A stretch of 47,516 nt of DNA from a virus: the IMG/VR virus record IMGVR_UViG_3300005607_000005, positions 1 to 47,516 of that record. One strand, written 5' to 3'. This document shows positions 25,514-35,583 of the stretch, piece by piece (the first letter of the stretch is position 1; each line of letters opens with the position of its first letter). The translations under genes were made by a program, and so were the position numbers. The notes below the pieces were generated by a model. It did no database searches. It saw only the letters and a list, made by a program, of their open reading frames with translations, and was not told the origin of the DNA.

Positions 25514-26896
25514 TCAGGTGGTATTTTTGACGATGTGCCAAGGACTCCAGACCGACGGCATGCCACGTTCGTTGGCGAAGTAGCTGGCCACCAGGCCGCG
25601 ATCAATCATGTCATAGTTGGTGCTGGGGGCCTGCATGACATTGAGCGGCCAGTTCTGCATGTAGCGGAAGGGCCGGCCGTACTCGAAGTGGAACCACAGG
25701 TTCGTAGCATCCGTCTGCGACAGGTTCAGGCCAGAAGCGTCGGTGCAGCGCTGTTCGATCAACGGCGACCAGATGAGTTTCGTCACTCGCTTGGCGAACG
25801 GACTGCCCGGCGTGCGCGCGATCTGTAACGTGGCCGCAGTGCTCTGCGTGGCAGCGCCCGCGGTACGGCGTTCCGTCTCGGTCGCGCCGAGGATCAACTC
25901 GGCCGTGGCCAGGTTGCCGGGGTTGACGACGATGGCATCGGGAGCCGTCAGGATGCGCGTCGAAGTTTCCGGATCCTGCATGCGGACGAAGAGAAGCCAG
26001 CTATTCTGCAGGGCTTGCCAGTCATTCAGGACATTGGATTGCTGGTTGAGATAGCCGTTGGTGCGGCTGGTAGCATAGGTGTTCGCGGCGACACCCTTGT
26101 AGACGAACTGGTACTTGCCGCCCGACTGCGTCGTCACGCCGATGAAGGCGTCGATGACATCCAGTTCCTTGCGGTAGGCAATCCACTCGCCCACGGAAGC
26201 GGCCCGTTCCATGATCTGGCCAGTCAGGTCAAAGAACACGGCCTCCTTGGTCACATCGACGGCCAGGGCGTTTTCGCGGGTCTTGGCCAGCGTGACGTAG
26301 CGCTCGCCGAACTGCGTGCGGCGGTGCGGTTCGCCGGGCTGCCGTTCCTCGGCCTGGTCGCCCAGACGGCTAGCGCCAATGACCTTTTGGCCTTCCGCGA
26401 CGCGAGTCGGCTCGGGCGGCATCAACTCGTCCGCGATGAATTTCGGGCTCTGGAAGGCCTCCAGGATCTTGCGTTCGATGAGGCCGCCGGTGACGCCGGT
26501 CCAGGCGTTGATGTCCGCGAAGGAGCTGACATCGACGCCGACACCCGTGGCTTCCAGCAGGGCCCGGGGATCCTCGCCGAACTGCGACTCGGCCAACAGG
26601 CGGTAGGAAGCGACGCCGGACAGACTGCCGGGGTTGCTCGGGTCGAAGAAACTTTTGAACTCCGGTCCGACCATCGCGGCACCCAACTCGGAGAGGTCGA
26701 ACTCCTCCGGAGCCATCTGAGCCTCGCGGACGATGCGATTGCCCGAGCGCGGGTCGCGGTAGTTGTTGCCGTGCCGGTCACACAGGCCTAGCCAGTGTCG
26801 AATCTGCGTGACGAAGGCGTGCCGGCCGCGCGGACGGGAGCGGTCTTCGCCGACATAGCTCTCGTAGAGTTGCCGAGTCTTGCGGATGTTACGCAT
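25514..26896 (-). CDS. Major capsid protein (probably HK97-fold)
   Basis: 460-aa ORF with an ATG start. Positioned after the scaffold/protease and decoration genes. Size and alternating beta/helix composition are consistent. No motif-level proof. Confidence 0.55.
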   Translation of the reverse strand: MRNIRKTRQLYESYVGEDRSRPRGRHAFVTQIRHWLGLCDRHGNNYRDPRSGNRIVREAQMAPEEFDLSELGAAMVGPEFKSFFDPSNPGSLSGVASYRLLAESQFGEDPRALLEATGVGVDVSSFADINAWTGVTGGLIERKILEAFQSPKFIADELMPPEPTRVAEGQKVIGASRLGDQAEERQPGEPHRRTQFGERYVTLAKTRENALAVDVTKEAVFFDLTGQIMERAASVGEWIAYRKELDVIDAFIGVTTQSGGKYQFVYKGVAANTYATSRTNGYLNQQSNVLNDWQALQNSWLLFVRMQDPETSTRILTAPDAIVVNPGNLATAELILGATETERRTAGAATQSTAATLQIARTPGSPFAKRVTKLIWSPLIEQRCTDASGLNLSQTDATNLWFHFEYGRPFRYMQNWPLNVMQAPSTNYDMIDRGLVASYFANERGMPSVWSPWHIVKNTT

Positions 26897-26958
26897 GAGT
26901 GATCCCTGTTCCGTTAACTACCCGTTCGCGCGTCGAAAACGTCGAAAAAGTCGCTGAT

Positions 26959-27759
26959 TTAGGCGCTGAGAACGCCATACCAAGTAGCGCCGTCGCACAT
27001 GAAAATGCCAACCTTGCCCTGCGTGACGCCGGCCGTGCCATCGACGTTGGTCGAGCCATCGGACTTCTTGAAGGTCACCGTGTTCGCGCCACCGGAGTTA
27101 TTCCAGAAGATGAAGGTCAGGCCTTTGGACTGGGCTTCCTTGGGCAACGTGACGGAGCGCGCCGCCGTAGGAACCATCTTTTGGAACATGGCGCTGGCAA
27201 CGGTCAGTGTCTGATTGGCATCTGTGAGCGTGTTCGTCGCGGCCACCGTCTGGCCATCGAAGAGAGCGGGCGAGGCCCAGTTGCTGACTATGTCCCAGGT
27301 CTTGCGGCTGACGATGCGGGCTCGCACACGAGTCGTCGCCGAGCCGTAATACTTGACAACGATGCCGATGGCCAAGGCGGGATGCGTGACCTTATCCACC
27401 TGCTGAGGATCCAGGTTGGTGCCGTTGGAGTAGATGCCGACCAGGTCGCCCTTATTGAAAGTCTGGCTGGGGCAATTGAAGTCCATCACGCCATCAACGC
27501 GGACGGTGAAGCGCTTGGTAGAGTTGGTCTCTGCGGCCAGAATCTGCTCCTGGCTGCAGCCGATGAATTTCTGCGCGAACTGAGCCTGGTCGAGGGCCTC
27601 GGTGGTCAAGCTGGTCAGCTTGTCGGCCGGCCGGGCCACGTCGGAGCCGTTGTCGTAAACCAGATCGCCGACACCAATGGCGTCGCCGACGTTGAACAGC
27701 CAGTCTTGCGTGAGGTTATCGACCTCGGTGAAACGGGCAAAATCGTTCGTGGTGGACAT
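26959..27759 (-). CDS. Capsid decoration / cement-type protein (DUF2190-like N-terminal domain plus an extra C-terminal domain)
   Basis: 266-aa ORF. GDLVYDNG...FIGCSQEQI...VRVDGVMDFNCPSQTFNKGDLVGI resembles the beta-clip decoration family. Confidence 0.45.
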   Translation of the reverse strand: MSTTNDFARFTEVDNLTQDWLFNVGDAIGVGDLVYDNGSDVARPADKLTSLTTEALDQAQFAQKFIGCSQEQILAAETNSTKRFTVRVDGVMDFNCPSQTFNKGDLVGIYSNGTNLDPQQVDKVTHPALAIGIVVKYYGSATTRVRARIVSRKTWDIVSNWASPALFDGQTVAATNTLTDANQTLTVASAMFQKMVPTAARSVTLPKEAQSKGLTFIFWNNSGGANTVTFKKSDGSTNVDGTAGVTQGKVGIFMCDGATWYGVLSA

Positions 27760-27812
27760 CGGCCTATCGCCTCGTGGTGGGTTCCGGTCGAAAGTCTATT
27801 AGCGAGCGGTGT

Positions 27813-29015
27813 CTACGAACGCAGCCAAGCCAGCTGGTCCTCGGGCTTCTCGGGTACGCCGTAACGGGACTCCGTGAGGGGTGCGGTCTGGGATTGGCTC
27901 TTGGGAGCACTGCGGCCCTTGGACTTGGAACCGCTGAGGCCCTTCAGATAGTCGAGGTGCTTGGCGATCTTCTTCTGGTCGCCGATGGCCATCAGGGTTT
28001 CGAGCAAAGTCGCATCACACTCGACGCCCTTGGACTCACACAGGGAGCGGACGTTTTTTTCCAGACGCAGCGTGGCCAACTCTTCCTGCAGCTGACGAAC
28101 AGCAGGATCCTTGCTCTTCGTGGGCTTGTGAGACTCTGTGGTCTCCGGTCCCTCGATGTCCGGCTCATCGTCGTCATCGCGTTCGCCTTCCTCGGCCGCC
28201 GCGGTGCCTTCCTTGTACTTGTCATGCGCCTTCATCAACTCGCGGAGTTTCTTGATCTTCTCCTCGGTCTCCATCTCGTCATCCTCATGGATGGCTTGAT
28301 AGGCCGAGTGAAAGGCGTGCTTGACGGCAGCGGCGTGATCGGTCTCGACATCGGCCGGCTCAGCCTCCATCTCGACTTCGCCGTAGCCCATTTCGACCAG
28401 CTTGGTCAAGAAGGGCCTGGCCTTGGCGTGGAGCTTGCTGCCCGATTCGAGGAGCGACTTGAGTTTGAGCTTCACGATTTCGGTCCTTATTGACTCGAAG
28501 AGGCTGATGTTCGTGCCACCATCGGCGACCACATCGACCCCTTTGACCGTCGGGATTTCGGTGATCGTGTACACGCCGTTGCGGACCTCGCCGCGACCGA
28601 GGGCGTTATGGCTCAGTGCGAACGCCTCGGGCATGCGCTCAGCGGCTTCGGCGACCAGCTCGGCCATCGGATGCGCCTTGAGGAACCAGAGGTCGCCATA
28701 CAGGCCATCTTCGCGAACCTGGACGTTCGTCACTTTGCCGAAGCGATCCCGGGCGCTGCGCTCGAGCTGGGGGCGCGTGCGATCCGGATGATCGATGGAG
28801 ACGGGGACGTTTTCGTAGAGAGGTGCTGCTTGGCGAAGCGCTTCCAGAGTGTACTCGGTGGAGGCGGCGCCTCGAACCCCATGCGTGTTGCTGCTGAACC
28901 TACCTACGAGCTTGCAGCCGTAGATACAACCTTGGCCGCGGTCTACTTGATGGGGCCGCTCGCCCGGGAAGTAGTCCTCGCGCAGGTTGGTCAGTGGCCG
29001 TGCCCCTCGACTCAT
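27813..29015 (-). CDS. Prohead protease / scaffolding-type protein
   Basis: 400-aa ORF. The N-terminal ~170 aa (VPVSIDHPDR...FGKVTNVQVREDGLYGDLWF) resemble a prohead protease or DUF2213-type domain. The C-terminal half is a highly charged, Glu/Lys-rich helical region typical of scaffolds. Confidence 0.5.
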   Translation of the reverse strand: MSRGARPLTNLREDYFPGERPHQVDRGQGCIYGCKLVGRFSSNTHGVRGAASTEYTLEALRQAAPLYENVPVSIDHPDRTRPQLERSARDRFGKVTNVQVREDGLYGDLWFLKAHPMAELVAEAAERMPEAFALSHNALGRGEVRNGVYTITEIPTVKGVDVVADGGTNISLFESIRTEIVKLKLKSLLESGSKLHAKARPFLTKLVEMGYGEVEMEAEPADVETDHAAAVKHAFHSAYQAIHEDDEMETEEKIKKLRELMKAHDKYKEGTAAAEEGERDDDDEPDIEGPETTESHKPTKSKDPAVRQLQEELATLRLEKNVRSLCESKGVECDATLLETLMAIGDQKKIAKHLDYLKGLSGSKSKGRSAPKSQSQTAPLTESRYGVPEKPEDQLAWLRS

Positions 29016-29104
29016 GCAGCGACACTAGCGGCCAAAGTTGCGCGCGGGCCACAGCATCCCCTGGAGAAGCGAGAAATGGATGGTGGGGCCAGAGGAGACG
29101 CAGT

Positions 29105-29452
29105 TTACCCCAGATATCCCTTCGCGCTGACCTCGAGCGCCTGCTCCCGTCGATTCTTGAGCAGTCTCTCCACCTGCCGCAGCCGCAGCCGGCGTTCGGC
29201 CGGCGATTCAGCCTCAAGATGACGAAGAGGCAGCAGGTCCATCGTCTCCGGGTCGAGGAAGTCCGCCCAGCGGGGCTTGCGGCGCAGGCGATCGGCCACC
29301 AGGGCATAGCGCTTCACGCCCACGGCCACACGGCGCTTGCGGTCGCCGGTCTGATCGAACCACTCGCCGTAGCTCAGAGGATCAGGGGCCAGATTCGCCG
29401 GGATCTCCTGCAGGTCAATAGGCTTGCCGGGAGGCGCCAGCACGGGCGCCAA
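29105..29452 (-). CDS. Hypothetical protein
   Basis: 115-aa ORF. Confidence 0.4.
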   Translation of the reverse strand: MAPVLAPPGKPIDLQEIPANLAPDPLSYGEWFDQTGDRKRRVAVGVKRYALVADRLRRKPRWADFLDPETMDLLPLRHLEAESPAERRLRLRQVERLLKNRREQALEVSAKGYLG

Positions 29453-29461
29453 ATAACATCT

Positions 29462-30430
29462 TCAGTTAAATGCCACGGTCTTGCCGTCTTCTTCGATGGG
29501 AGGCCGTGGCATCTTGTCGAAGCCGAGTTGCCCTGGCCGGGGATTGCGGTAGTAGACTGTTCCCGAACGCGCTGCATGATGGGGCCGCGTGTGCTGGTCT
29601 AGCGTGGCGCGCACCTGATAACCGATGACCAGGTCCGGGCCGAGACGTTCATGCGCGGCGAGCTGGCCTTCGCCGGCGACACGGATGGCTTCCGTGCGAG
29701 CAATGCGGCGGGCACTGGAGCGCACGCCATCGACCAGGGGCAAGAGGTCGCGGGCGATCTCGGCCTGGCTCTTGCCGGCGGCGACGCCGGCGGCCAGTAG
29801 GCTAGCCAGAGCCGAGGGCGTGGCCAGGCGGGTGCTGGCCTGGAGGCGCTCGCGCCAGTCGGTGGCGTAGATGATGGAGTGGATGAAGGGCACGTCGAGG
29901 GGCGGAAAGAGCAGTTCCAGAATCTCCTCGCGCTCCTCACCTTCCGCTTCGATCACAGCGACTTTGAGATAGCCCTTGGGAAGGACCTTGCGAACGCCTG
30001 CTTTGGCCGAGTGGTAGGCGAAGAGCGTGATACGCTCCAGCGTGTGGCTAATCTCGCGCTGCAGGTCCAGCAGCATCGCGCCGAACAAGGTAAGCGAAGA
30101 GGACCAGAGCGCCGGCGTTGAGTAACCCAGTCGCGTGCGCTCGAGGGCCTTGCGCAGAGCCCGCCGCAAGACACGGTCCATAGCCAGAGCAGCCGCATCC
30201 GCCCGCAGGACGACATCGACTTGTCGGGCCGAGGCCTTGGCTGCCAGTAGCGAATTGACGTGCGTTGCCACAATGAATACCTTTGTAGGAACGACCCGGC
30301 CTACGACTGGCCTGCGGTCCAGGCGGCCGGGCCGCGTATTAGGGCGGCGCAGCCCGCCGCCGCTTTTCTTCACTCTTCTAGATTCTCCCACTGCCACCCC
30401 AACAGCAGCCAATGCCAGAAGCGCCACCAA
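29462..30430 (-). CDS. Minor head protein, Mu F / SPP1 gp7-like
   Basis: 322-aa ORF. ARRIARTEAIRVAGEGQL...VRATLDQHTRPHHAARSGTVY matches the Mu-F signature. Directly downstream of the portal. Confidence 0.75.
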   Translation of the reverse strand: MVALLALAAVGVAVGESRRVKKSGGGLRRPNTRPGRLDRRPVVGRVVPTKVFIVATHVNSLLAAKASARQVDVVLRADAAALAMDRVLRRALRKALERTRLGYSTPALWSSSLTLFGAMLLDLQREISHTLERITLFAYHSAKAGVRKVLPKGYLKVAVIEAEGEEREEILELLFPPLDVPFIHSIIYATDWRERLQASTRLATPSALASLLAAGVAAGKSQAEIARDLLPLVDGVRSSARRIARTEAIRVAGEGQLAAHERLGPDLVIGYQVRATLDQHTRPHHAARSGTVYYRNPRPGQLGFDKMPRPPIEEDGKTVAFN

Positions 30431-30548
30431 CGATTCGGCCTAGGCCAAGGCGTGAAGATGTGCAGATCCGGCACAAGATAAAGCTTGGCCCGCCATGCAG
30501 GCTTTCCTTGCAGCAACTGAGGGTCAAACCTCGGTGTGGCTTCCTTCA

Positions 30549-32225
30549 TCACGCTGCTCCCTTGTTGTCCTTGGTGTCGGGGACCTTCTTCTTCGGCGGC
30601 GGCACGCGCGAGGATTTCCTGCCCTCGTCCTCCTCCTCATCCCCACCGAAGTCCAAGCCCAACTGCAGCCCCTGTTTCTCCTGGTACTCCTCGTTATCTT
30701 GCTCAACCTGGGCCCAGTCCAGCCCCTCCTCCTGGGCTACCATCTGTCGGCTCTTCCAGCCGTTCATGACGGCGATCTGGTTGGCTTGCGCCATGGCCAG
30801 CTGGTCGCGATGCACCGGGCTGGGCGCTTCGGCCTTGACCTCGACCCATTCCAGGGCCTCAGCAGGCAGCCGGCCTGCCTCGACGGCGTGGCGCAGGACG
30901 ATGCGCAGGGTCCGCAGGAAGCGCTGCGTATAGAACTTCTGCGCCCGCGTTACATTAATGGCGAAAGGATCATTGGCGACCATCGCCGAGGCCCGGTTGT
31001 TGTTTGAGGCATCCCCACTGGACAACCACTCGGGGGCGTTCCAGCGGACACCCGCTGCCCGGAGCAGAGCCTGCAGGACGGACAGATGTTGCTCCGTGGA
31101 GCCCGCGGCCGGGGGCGGCACCCACTTCGTGAACTCATCCATGTCGAGGACCGAGCCGGGTTCAATCCGCTGCTGGTCCAGTGGGCGGCCGGTGACCGGG
31201 TTGGCTCCCGACCAGTCGATTTGAGCCTGCTGGAAGGTTTGCACCTCGGACACTGGCCGAGCGACATGCTCGCGAATGCCGGCGATCGCCTCGCGAATGG
31301 CCGCCCCCTCGCCGGCGTTGCGGCGCAGCTTGGTAGCGGAATTGAGCGTGTCGTAGGTGTCGAAACTGAAGTCCGTCAAGCCGCGCTTGATCGACCGCTT
31401 GGTGTTCACCTTGGCATGCACCATCTCGTCGAGGACCTCGCCGGCTTCGTTGAGCGCAGGTCCAAGGGCCCAGCGCGCGGGAGCGACCTCGTCGCCCTCG
31501 GCCGGGTTCTCCGGATTACCCGCCCAGTACAGCTGCACATCCCACAGATCGATGGCGCCGGTCTTGATGCCGAAAGACCAGTGCCGCTGATTGGCTCCCG
31601 GCGGCTGGTAGACCTGCTCAGGTTCGACGGTACGCACCCAGGTGTAGCCATCGTCGCCCAGACCATGCCGTAGGAAGTATTCCCCGTCCTCGCGGCTGCG
31701 CCAGAACAGTTCCGCCTCTAAGTTGGACCACTCGACCCGCTCGCACCACTCGTCCAGCTCGTCCTGAACCCGCTCCACCAGCGACTTGCCATCCACGAGG
31801 ACCTCGGCCCGTTCATCCTTGGCGCAGGCGCGGTAGGTCACACCCGGCCCCAGGACGTAGGCCGTCAGTCCGCTCAAGAGGCCGATCGCGTAGGGATTGG
31901 TGGCGCAGAGAATGCGGGCGGGTGCACGCAGGAGATTCAATTCCTGCTCCGTCTGCCACAGCGGGAAGTTGCGGCCGTAGCGGCGATCGTAGGGCGTAGC
32001 GATCGGACTGAGGTAAGCGTTATTGACGCCGTCGCGGTAGCGGTCCAGGAGGTTGACGTAGAAGTTGACCCAATCGCTGGGGAAGGTCGAGGCCGTCGAG
32101 GCCTCGGTCAGCTGCACGGCACGCTCGAGGCTTTTGACCTGCAATTGCAACCGTAACTCGGCCTGCCGTTTCTGGAGTGCGTCCAGGGGGTCTTGCTTTT
32201 TGCCCCACCAATTGAAAAGTCCCAT
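30549..32225 (-). CDS. Portal protein
   Basis: 558-aa ORF downstream of the large terminase, with an acidic C-terminal tail. Size and position are typical. Confidence 0.8.
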   Translation of the reverse strand: MGLFNWWGKKQDPLDALQKRQAELRLQLQVKSLERAVQLTEASTASTFPSDWVNFYVNLLDRYRDGVNNAYLSPIATPYDRRYGRNFPLWQTEQELNLLRAPARILCATNPYAIGLLSGLTAYVLGPGVTYRACAKDERAEVLVDGKSLVERVQDELDEWCERVEWSNLEAELFWRSREDGEYFLRHGLGDDGYTWVRTVEPEQVYQPPGANQRHWSFGIKTGAIDLWDVQLYWAGNPENPAEGDEVAPARWALGPALNEAGEVLDEMVHAKVNTKRSIKRGLTDFSFDTYDTLNSATKLRRNAGEGAAIREAIAGIREHVARPVSEVQTFQQAQIDWSGANPVTGRPLDQQRIEPGSVLDMDEFTKWVPPPAAGSTEQHLSVLQALLRAAGVRWNAPEWLSSGDASNNNRASAMVANDPFAINVTRAQKFYTQRFLRTLRIVLRHAVEAGRLPAEALEWVEVKAEAPSPVHRDQLAMAQANQIAVMNGWKSRQMVAQEEGLDWAQVEQDNEEYQEKQGLQLGLDFGGDEEEDEGRKSSRVPPPKKKVPDTKDNKGAA

Positions 32226-32226
32226 C

Positions 32227-32472
32227 TCAGGCGTCCTCCGTCTCGCGGACTTCCAGCGTCAGGGTGATTTCCTGGGCGTTAGGGAACTGCGGGTGCTGAT
32301 GGATACCTTTAGCGAAGCAGAGTTGGTAGGTCGGCCCGATGCGCCAGAAACGCCGAGCGGCGCCCAGAGCCAGCAGACAGCGGAGATTCTCCTCCTGGGC
32401 CGACCGGTCGAGGGCCGTGCTCAGCAGGATCTGGCTCAACTGCTTGCGCCACATCTTGGGCGAATCGGGCAT
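32227..32472 (-). CDS. Hypothetical protein
   Basis: 81-aa ORF; its ATG overlaps the stop of the preceding small ORF. Confidence 0.4.
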   Translation of the reverse strand: MPDSPKMWRKQLSQILLSTALDRSAQEENLRCLLALGAARRFWRIGPTYQLCFAKGIHQHPQFPNAQEITLTLEVRETEDA

Positions 32473-32642
32473 CAGGCCGCCTCAACCTTTTGCTCGGACC
32501 TGGATGCTTCCACGCGCACCACGCGCGGGCTGCGCAAGCACCGCTGTTGCAACCAGCGATCCGCAGCACTGCGCGTAGGGAAAGAATCGGGTAGACGCTT
32601 CCATTGGGAGCCGTCCCAGACTTCGACGTAGAAACTGGCCAT
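32472..32642 (-). CDS. Small hypothetical protein (56 aa, MASFYVEVWDGSQWKRLPDSF...)
   Basis: Hand-translated. Fills the gap between the terminase stop (32645) and the next ORF. One-base overlap with the next start: the final A of the TGA stop is also the A of the next ATG (TGATG). Confidence 0.4.
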   Translation of the reverse strand: MASFYVEVWDGSQWKRLPDSFPTRSAADRWLQQRCLRSPRVVRVEASRSEQKVEAA

Positions 32643-32644
32643 TA

Positions 32645-33910
32645 CTAAGTTCTCCAGATAGTGGGGCGACCTCTGCTTTTGCCGTTGAATAGCTCAATGG
32701 CGCTGCGTCGCGCCATCTCGAGCGCATCGGGGCCATCGTCGTTTTCCCCTTCGGGGAAGACGCGCATCTGATCCACGAGCAAGCGTGTATCGGGCGTAGC
32801 ACGGAAGTGCAGTCGGCGTTGCGACAGGGGTTCTCCCAGCCGGCGGATGCGGACCTCTTTCTTGACCCGGTTGTCCAGTTCGACGAAGCGAATGTCGAGC
32901 TTACGTCGCTGCGCCTCCAGTCGGAAGGGCACCAGGAGCAGCTGCTGGAACTGATTGGTCTCGACGGCCAGGGCCTCGGGCCGGAAGCTCTCGTAGACTT
33001 CGACGGCATGCTCTACCATGCCATCGGTCAAAGCCGTCCCGTCGGGCGCTCGCGCCGCGGTCATCGGCCGCTTGCCCATGTCGGCCTCGATCCACTCGCC
33101 GCCCTGGTGGTCGCGGCCGTACATCACCAAGGCCTGATAGTCGCTCGTCCTGGCATCAGCACCTTTGCTAGGGTCCAGTGCCATCACCTTGATGTCCAGA
33201 TGCGCCGGCCAGTCGGTGAACCAGAAACCGGGGCCATCGAAGAATTCGCTCGGCCATTCGGCCCCCTCGATGTCGGTGAACTCGCCGCCCAGCTCCTGGC
33301 GTGCCAGCAGGCCGTGGTACTGGGTGGCGAGCTGGCGGGCGAACTCCGGAGGGTTGAAGGGATTGGCCTTCGTGGGCGCGCGGAACAGATCGACGCCAGG
33401 ACCGCCTTTGCCGAAGACTTCGTAGGTCCAGTGCAAGCGTCCCTTGGGGGTGAAGGTGGCGGAAAGCCAGCCTTGCTGACCGCCCTCACGCAAGCAGGCA
33501 ATAGCGATCTTGAAAGCCTGCTCCTCCATCAGCGAGGCCTCGTCCAGCCAGACGCCCGACAGGTTGGGCCCGCGGAGCTTCTCCGGATCCTCGGCGGTGC
33601 GGAAACGGATGGTAGCGCCGGTGGTCAGCTGCACGGTTGGGTAAGGCGTCTTGCGTTCAGATGCAAACAGGCCCAAATCGCGGGCCATGCCGGTGAAGGT
33701 GGGATAAGTCGTGTCGTTGAGCAGGATGGAGGTTGGGCTGGCCACGAGATAGGTACGGCCCTTCTGGGCGCGGCGCAGCAGGTCGTAGCTGCCGATCCAG
33801 GTCTTGCCGGCACCGCGACCGCCCACGAAGCCTCGATACAGCGCCTCACTGCGGCGGAAGGCTTGCTGCACGCGGTGCAGCTTGATCCCCCTGGTCACTG
33901 TCGGGAGCAT
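32645..33910 (-). CDS. terL: Terminase large subunit
   Basis: ORF frame 32645-33928 (TTG); ATG at 33910. Walker A FVGGRGAGKTW, Walker B-like GVWLDEAS, and a C-terminal nuclease-type region. Confidence 0.9.
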   Translation of the reverse strand: MLPTVTRGIKLHRVQQAFRRSEALYRGFVGGRGAGKTWIGSYDLLRRAQKGRTYLVASPTSILLNDTTYPTFTGMARDLGLFASERKTPYPTVQLTTGATIRFRTAEDPEKLRGPNLSGVWLDEASLMEEQAFKIAIACLREGGQQGWLSATFTPKGRLHWTYEVFGKGGPGVDLFRAPTKANPFNPPEFARQLATQYHGLLARQELGGEFTDIEGAEWPSEFFDGPGFWFTDWPAHLDIKVMALDPSKGADARTSDYQALVMYGRDHQGGEWIEADMGKRPMTAARAPDGTALTDGMVEHAVEVYESFRPEALAVETNQFQQLLLVPFRLEAQRRKLDIRFVELDNRVKKEVRIRRLGEPLSQRRLHFRATPDTRLLVDQMRVFPEGENDDGPDALEMARRSAIELFNGKSRGRPTIWRT

Positions 33911-34403
33911 CGACGATTTGCTCCACAATTTGCAGTTTCACGCCTGCTTGTAATTCCACGCGGTCCACGAAGAGGCCCAGGTGCCGGCCTAGATCGCGAA
34001 GAGCCTCGGTCTTGCTGTGCAGTTTGAACTTGATCGAGCCGCCGCCCTCGCTGATTGTCTGGGACACTTCGGCCACACAGGCGCCCGCCTCGGGCGAGAG
34101 ATCGGCACTCGGCTTAAGCACGATGCCATCCGGTCCCCAGACCGCGAAGGACCGCATGTCCGAGAAGGCGATTTTCGCCAACTCCGTGAGCACGGCATCC
34201 GCTGTAATCTGCGTGCGGGCGGACCGCTGCCGCTGGGCCTCGCGGAGGGCCTCTTGGACCTGAGCCTTTCTGAGCAGGCGGGCGGCATTGACCTCGGCGG
34301 CATTGCCCTGGGCCTTGTAGCCGGCCCGCTTGTAGGCAGCCGTGGCATTGAGGTCAATGAGATATTCTTCGACGAATCGCTGTTGCTTCGGTGCGAGCGC
34401 CAT
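33846..34403 (-). CDS. terS: Terminase small subunit (Terminase_2 type)
   Basis: 185-aa ORF. MALAPKQQRFVEEYLIDLNATAAYKRAGYKAQGNAAEVNAARLL is the classic N-terminal HTH of small terminases. Confidence 0.85.
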   Translation of the reverse strand: MALAPKQQRFVEEYLIDLNATAAYKRAGYKAQGNAAEVNAARLLRKAQVQEALREAQRQRSARTQITADAVLTELAKIAFSDMRSFAVWGPDGIVLKPSADLSPEAGACVAEVSQTISEGGGSIKFKLHSKTEALRDLGRHLGLFVDRVELQAGVKLQIVEQIVDAPDSDQGDQAAPRAASLPPQ

Positions 34404-34486
34404 GGCTTACCCCGCCGCAGAATAGGGGCAGCCGTTGCGCGCGGGCTAGCGTGAGGTGGTGGGGGAGGGGGAGACTTCGTCGGCCT

Positions 34487-34945
34487 TTATCGGTCCACGG
34501 ACACGGCCGCGTCCGGCCAGGTCTCGCAGGCCTGCAAATACGCCTCGACAAACTCCACGAAGCCCTCGTAGCTGCCCCAGCCGTTGGGCGGATTGAAGCC
34601 ACGGTAATAGTCCGGGTCGCTGCGCAATTGAGCCAATCCTTGACGCAACAAGGGCAGCAGATGGGAGGCCTTCGTGAGGCCAACCTCCTCGGGGCGCCAG
34701 CAGGCCAAGTAGAGGCCGGCTTCCTCGGCCATGCGAACGAGATTGTGGGTAATGTTCCGTGAAAAGACGCGTCCGGGTGGCCGCCCCACGCAAGCGGTAA
34801 CTGGTTCCTGGTCGGGATATAGTTGGTCCTACTCTTCCCGGCTGATCTCCACGGTCCGCCCCGCGCGGCGGACGAAGATACGTGGTCGAGGCTCCGTGTC
34901 GGGAACGGTGGCACCGGGCAGATCCAGGTAAACGTCGAGACTCAT
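34487..34945 (-). pseudogene. Conserved-looking phage gene interrupted by one in-frame TAG (codon 39)
   Basis: ATG at 34945 is preceded by GCAGGAGATACC. It reads MSLDVYLDLPGATVPDTEPRPRIFVRRAGRTVEISREE, then TAG (34829-34831), then in the same frame DQLYPDQEPVTACVGRPPGRVFSRNITHNLVRMAEEAG... to the stop at 34487. Confidence 0.6.
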
Positions 34946-34963
34946 GGTATCTCCTGCAGGGAC

Positions 34964-35572
34964 TCAGTTGTTCTTGGCATTCAGCCGCCGTGCCGCCTGC
35001 TGGGCCGCTTGGCTGACATCGCAGCCGCGACAACCCGGACAACGCTGGTCGTATTCCTGGAGCAAATCGTTGACCTTCAGCAGGCGCGGGCCACGAAGGC
35101 CGAGGCTGTGACAGAGATAAGCCATCATGTTCTCCGCCTCGGCGCACTGCGTGCCTTTGGGACAGACAAGACGGTGTGCCTCCAGGAAGCCAAGTAGCTT
35201 GTCGCGGACCTCAGACATGATGGCTGCGGGGTCCGCGGGTACGACCTCTTGAGGCAGAGGCATCGTGAAGGCCTGCGCGAAGACGCCGTTGCGGAAGTCG
35301 CGGCCGAGCTGGAGGACGCCCGAGAAGTGGTAGTCTCGCAGTGTCGGGCAGACCTGGTCCGTTACTTCGATGGAGCGGGCCACGTCTTCGGGGCTGAAAC
35401 CATCGTAGCCACCTTGCTGGAAAATAAAGCTGTAACCCGGACGGCCGCCCAAGACGTAGACCTCATAGCAGACACCGCGCTCGCCAGCCCTGCAGACGGG
35501 GCCACAGTCGCGCCGGGCGATCACCAGGGTGCCGACGCGGATCGGCAGTTGTGGACGAAGCTTTTCAGACAT
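34964..35572 (-). CDS. Hypothetical protein with a C-terminal Cys cluster
   Basis: ORF frame 34964-35587 (TTG); ATG at 35572 (MSEKLRPQLPIRVG...). Confidence 0.5.
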   Translation of the reverse strand: MSEKLRPQLPIRVGTLVIARRDCGPVCRAGERGVCYEVYVLGGRPGYSFIFQQGGYDGFSPEDVARSIEVTDQVCPTLRDYHFSGVLQLGRDFRNGVFAQAFTMPLPQEVVPADPAAIMSEVRDKLLGFLEAHRLVCPKGTQCAEAENMMAYLCHSLGLRGPRLLKVNDLLQEYDQRCPGCRGCDVSQAAQQAARRLNAKNN

Positions 35573-35583
35573 GTCAGATCCCC

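Noticed and set aside
34829-34831. Genome-wide reassignment of TAG as a sense codon.
   Set aside because: TAG is used as an apparently genuine stop elsewhere, for example in the gpG-like gene (stop at 12066-12068) and the small ORF ending at 4098-4100. A local mutation or read-through is more likely.
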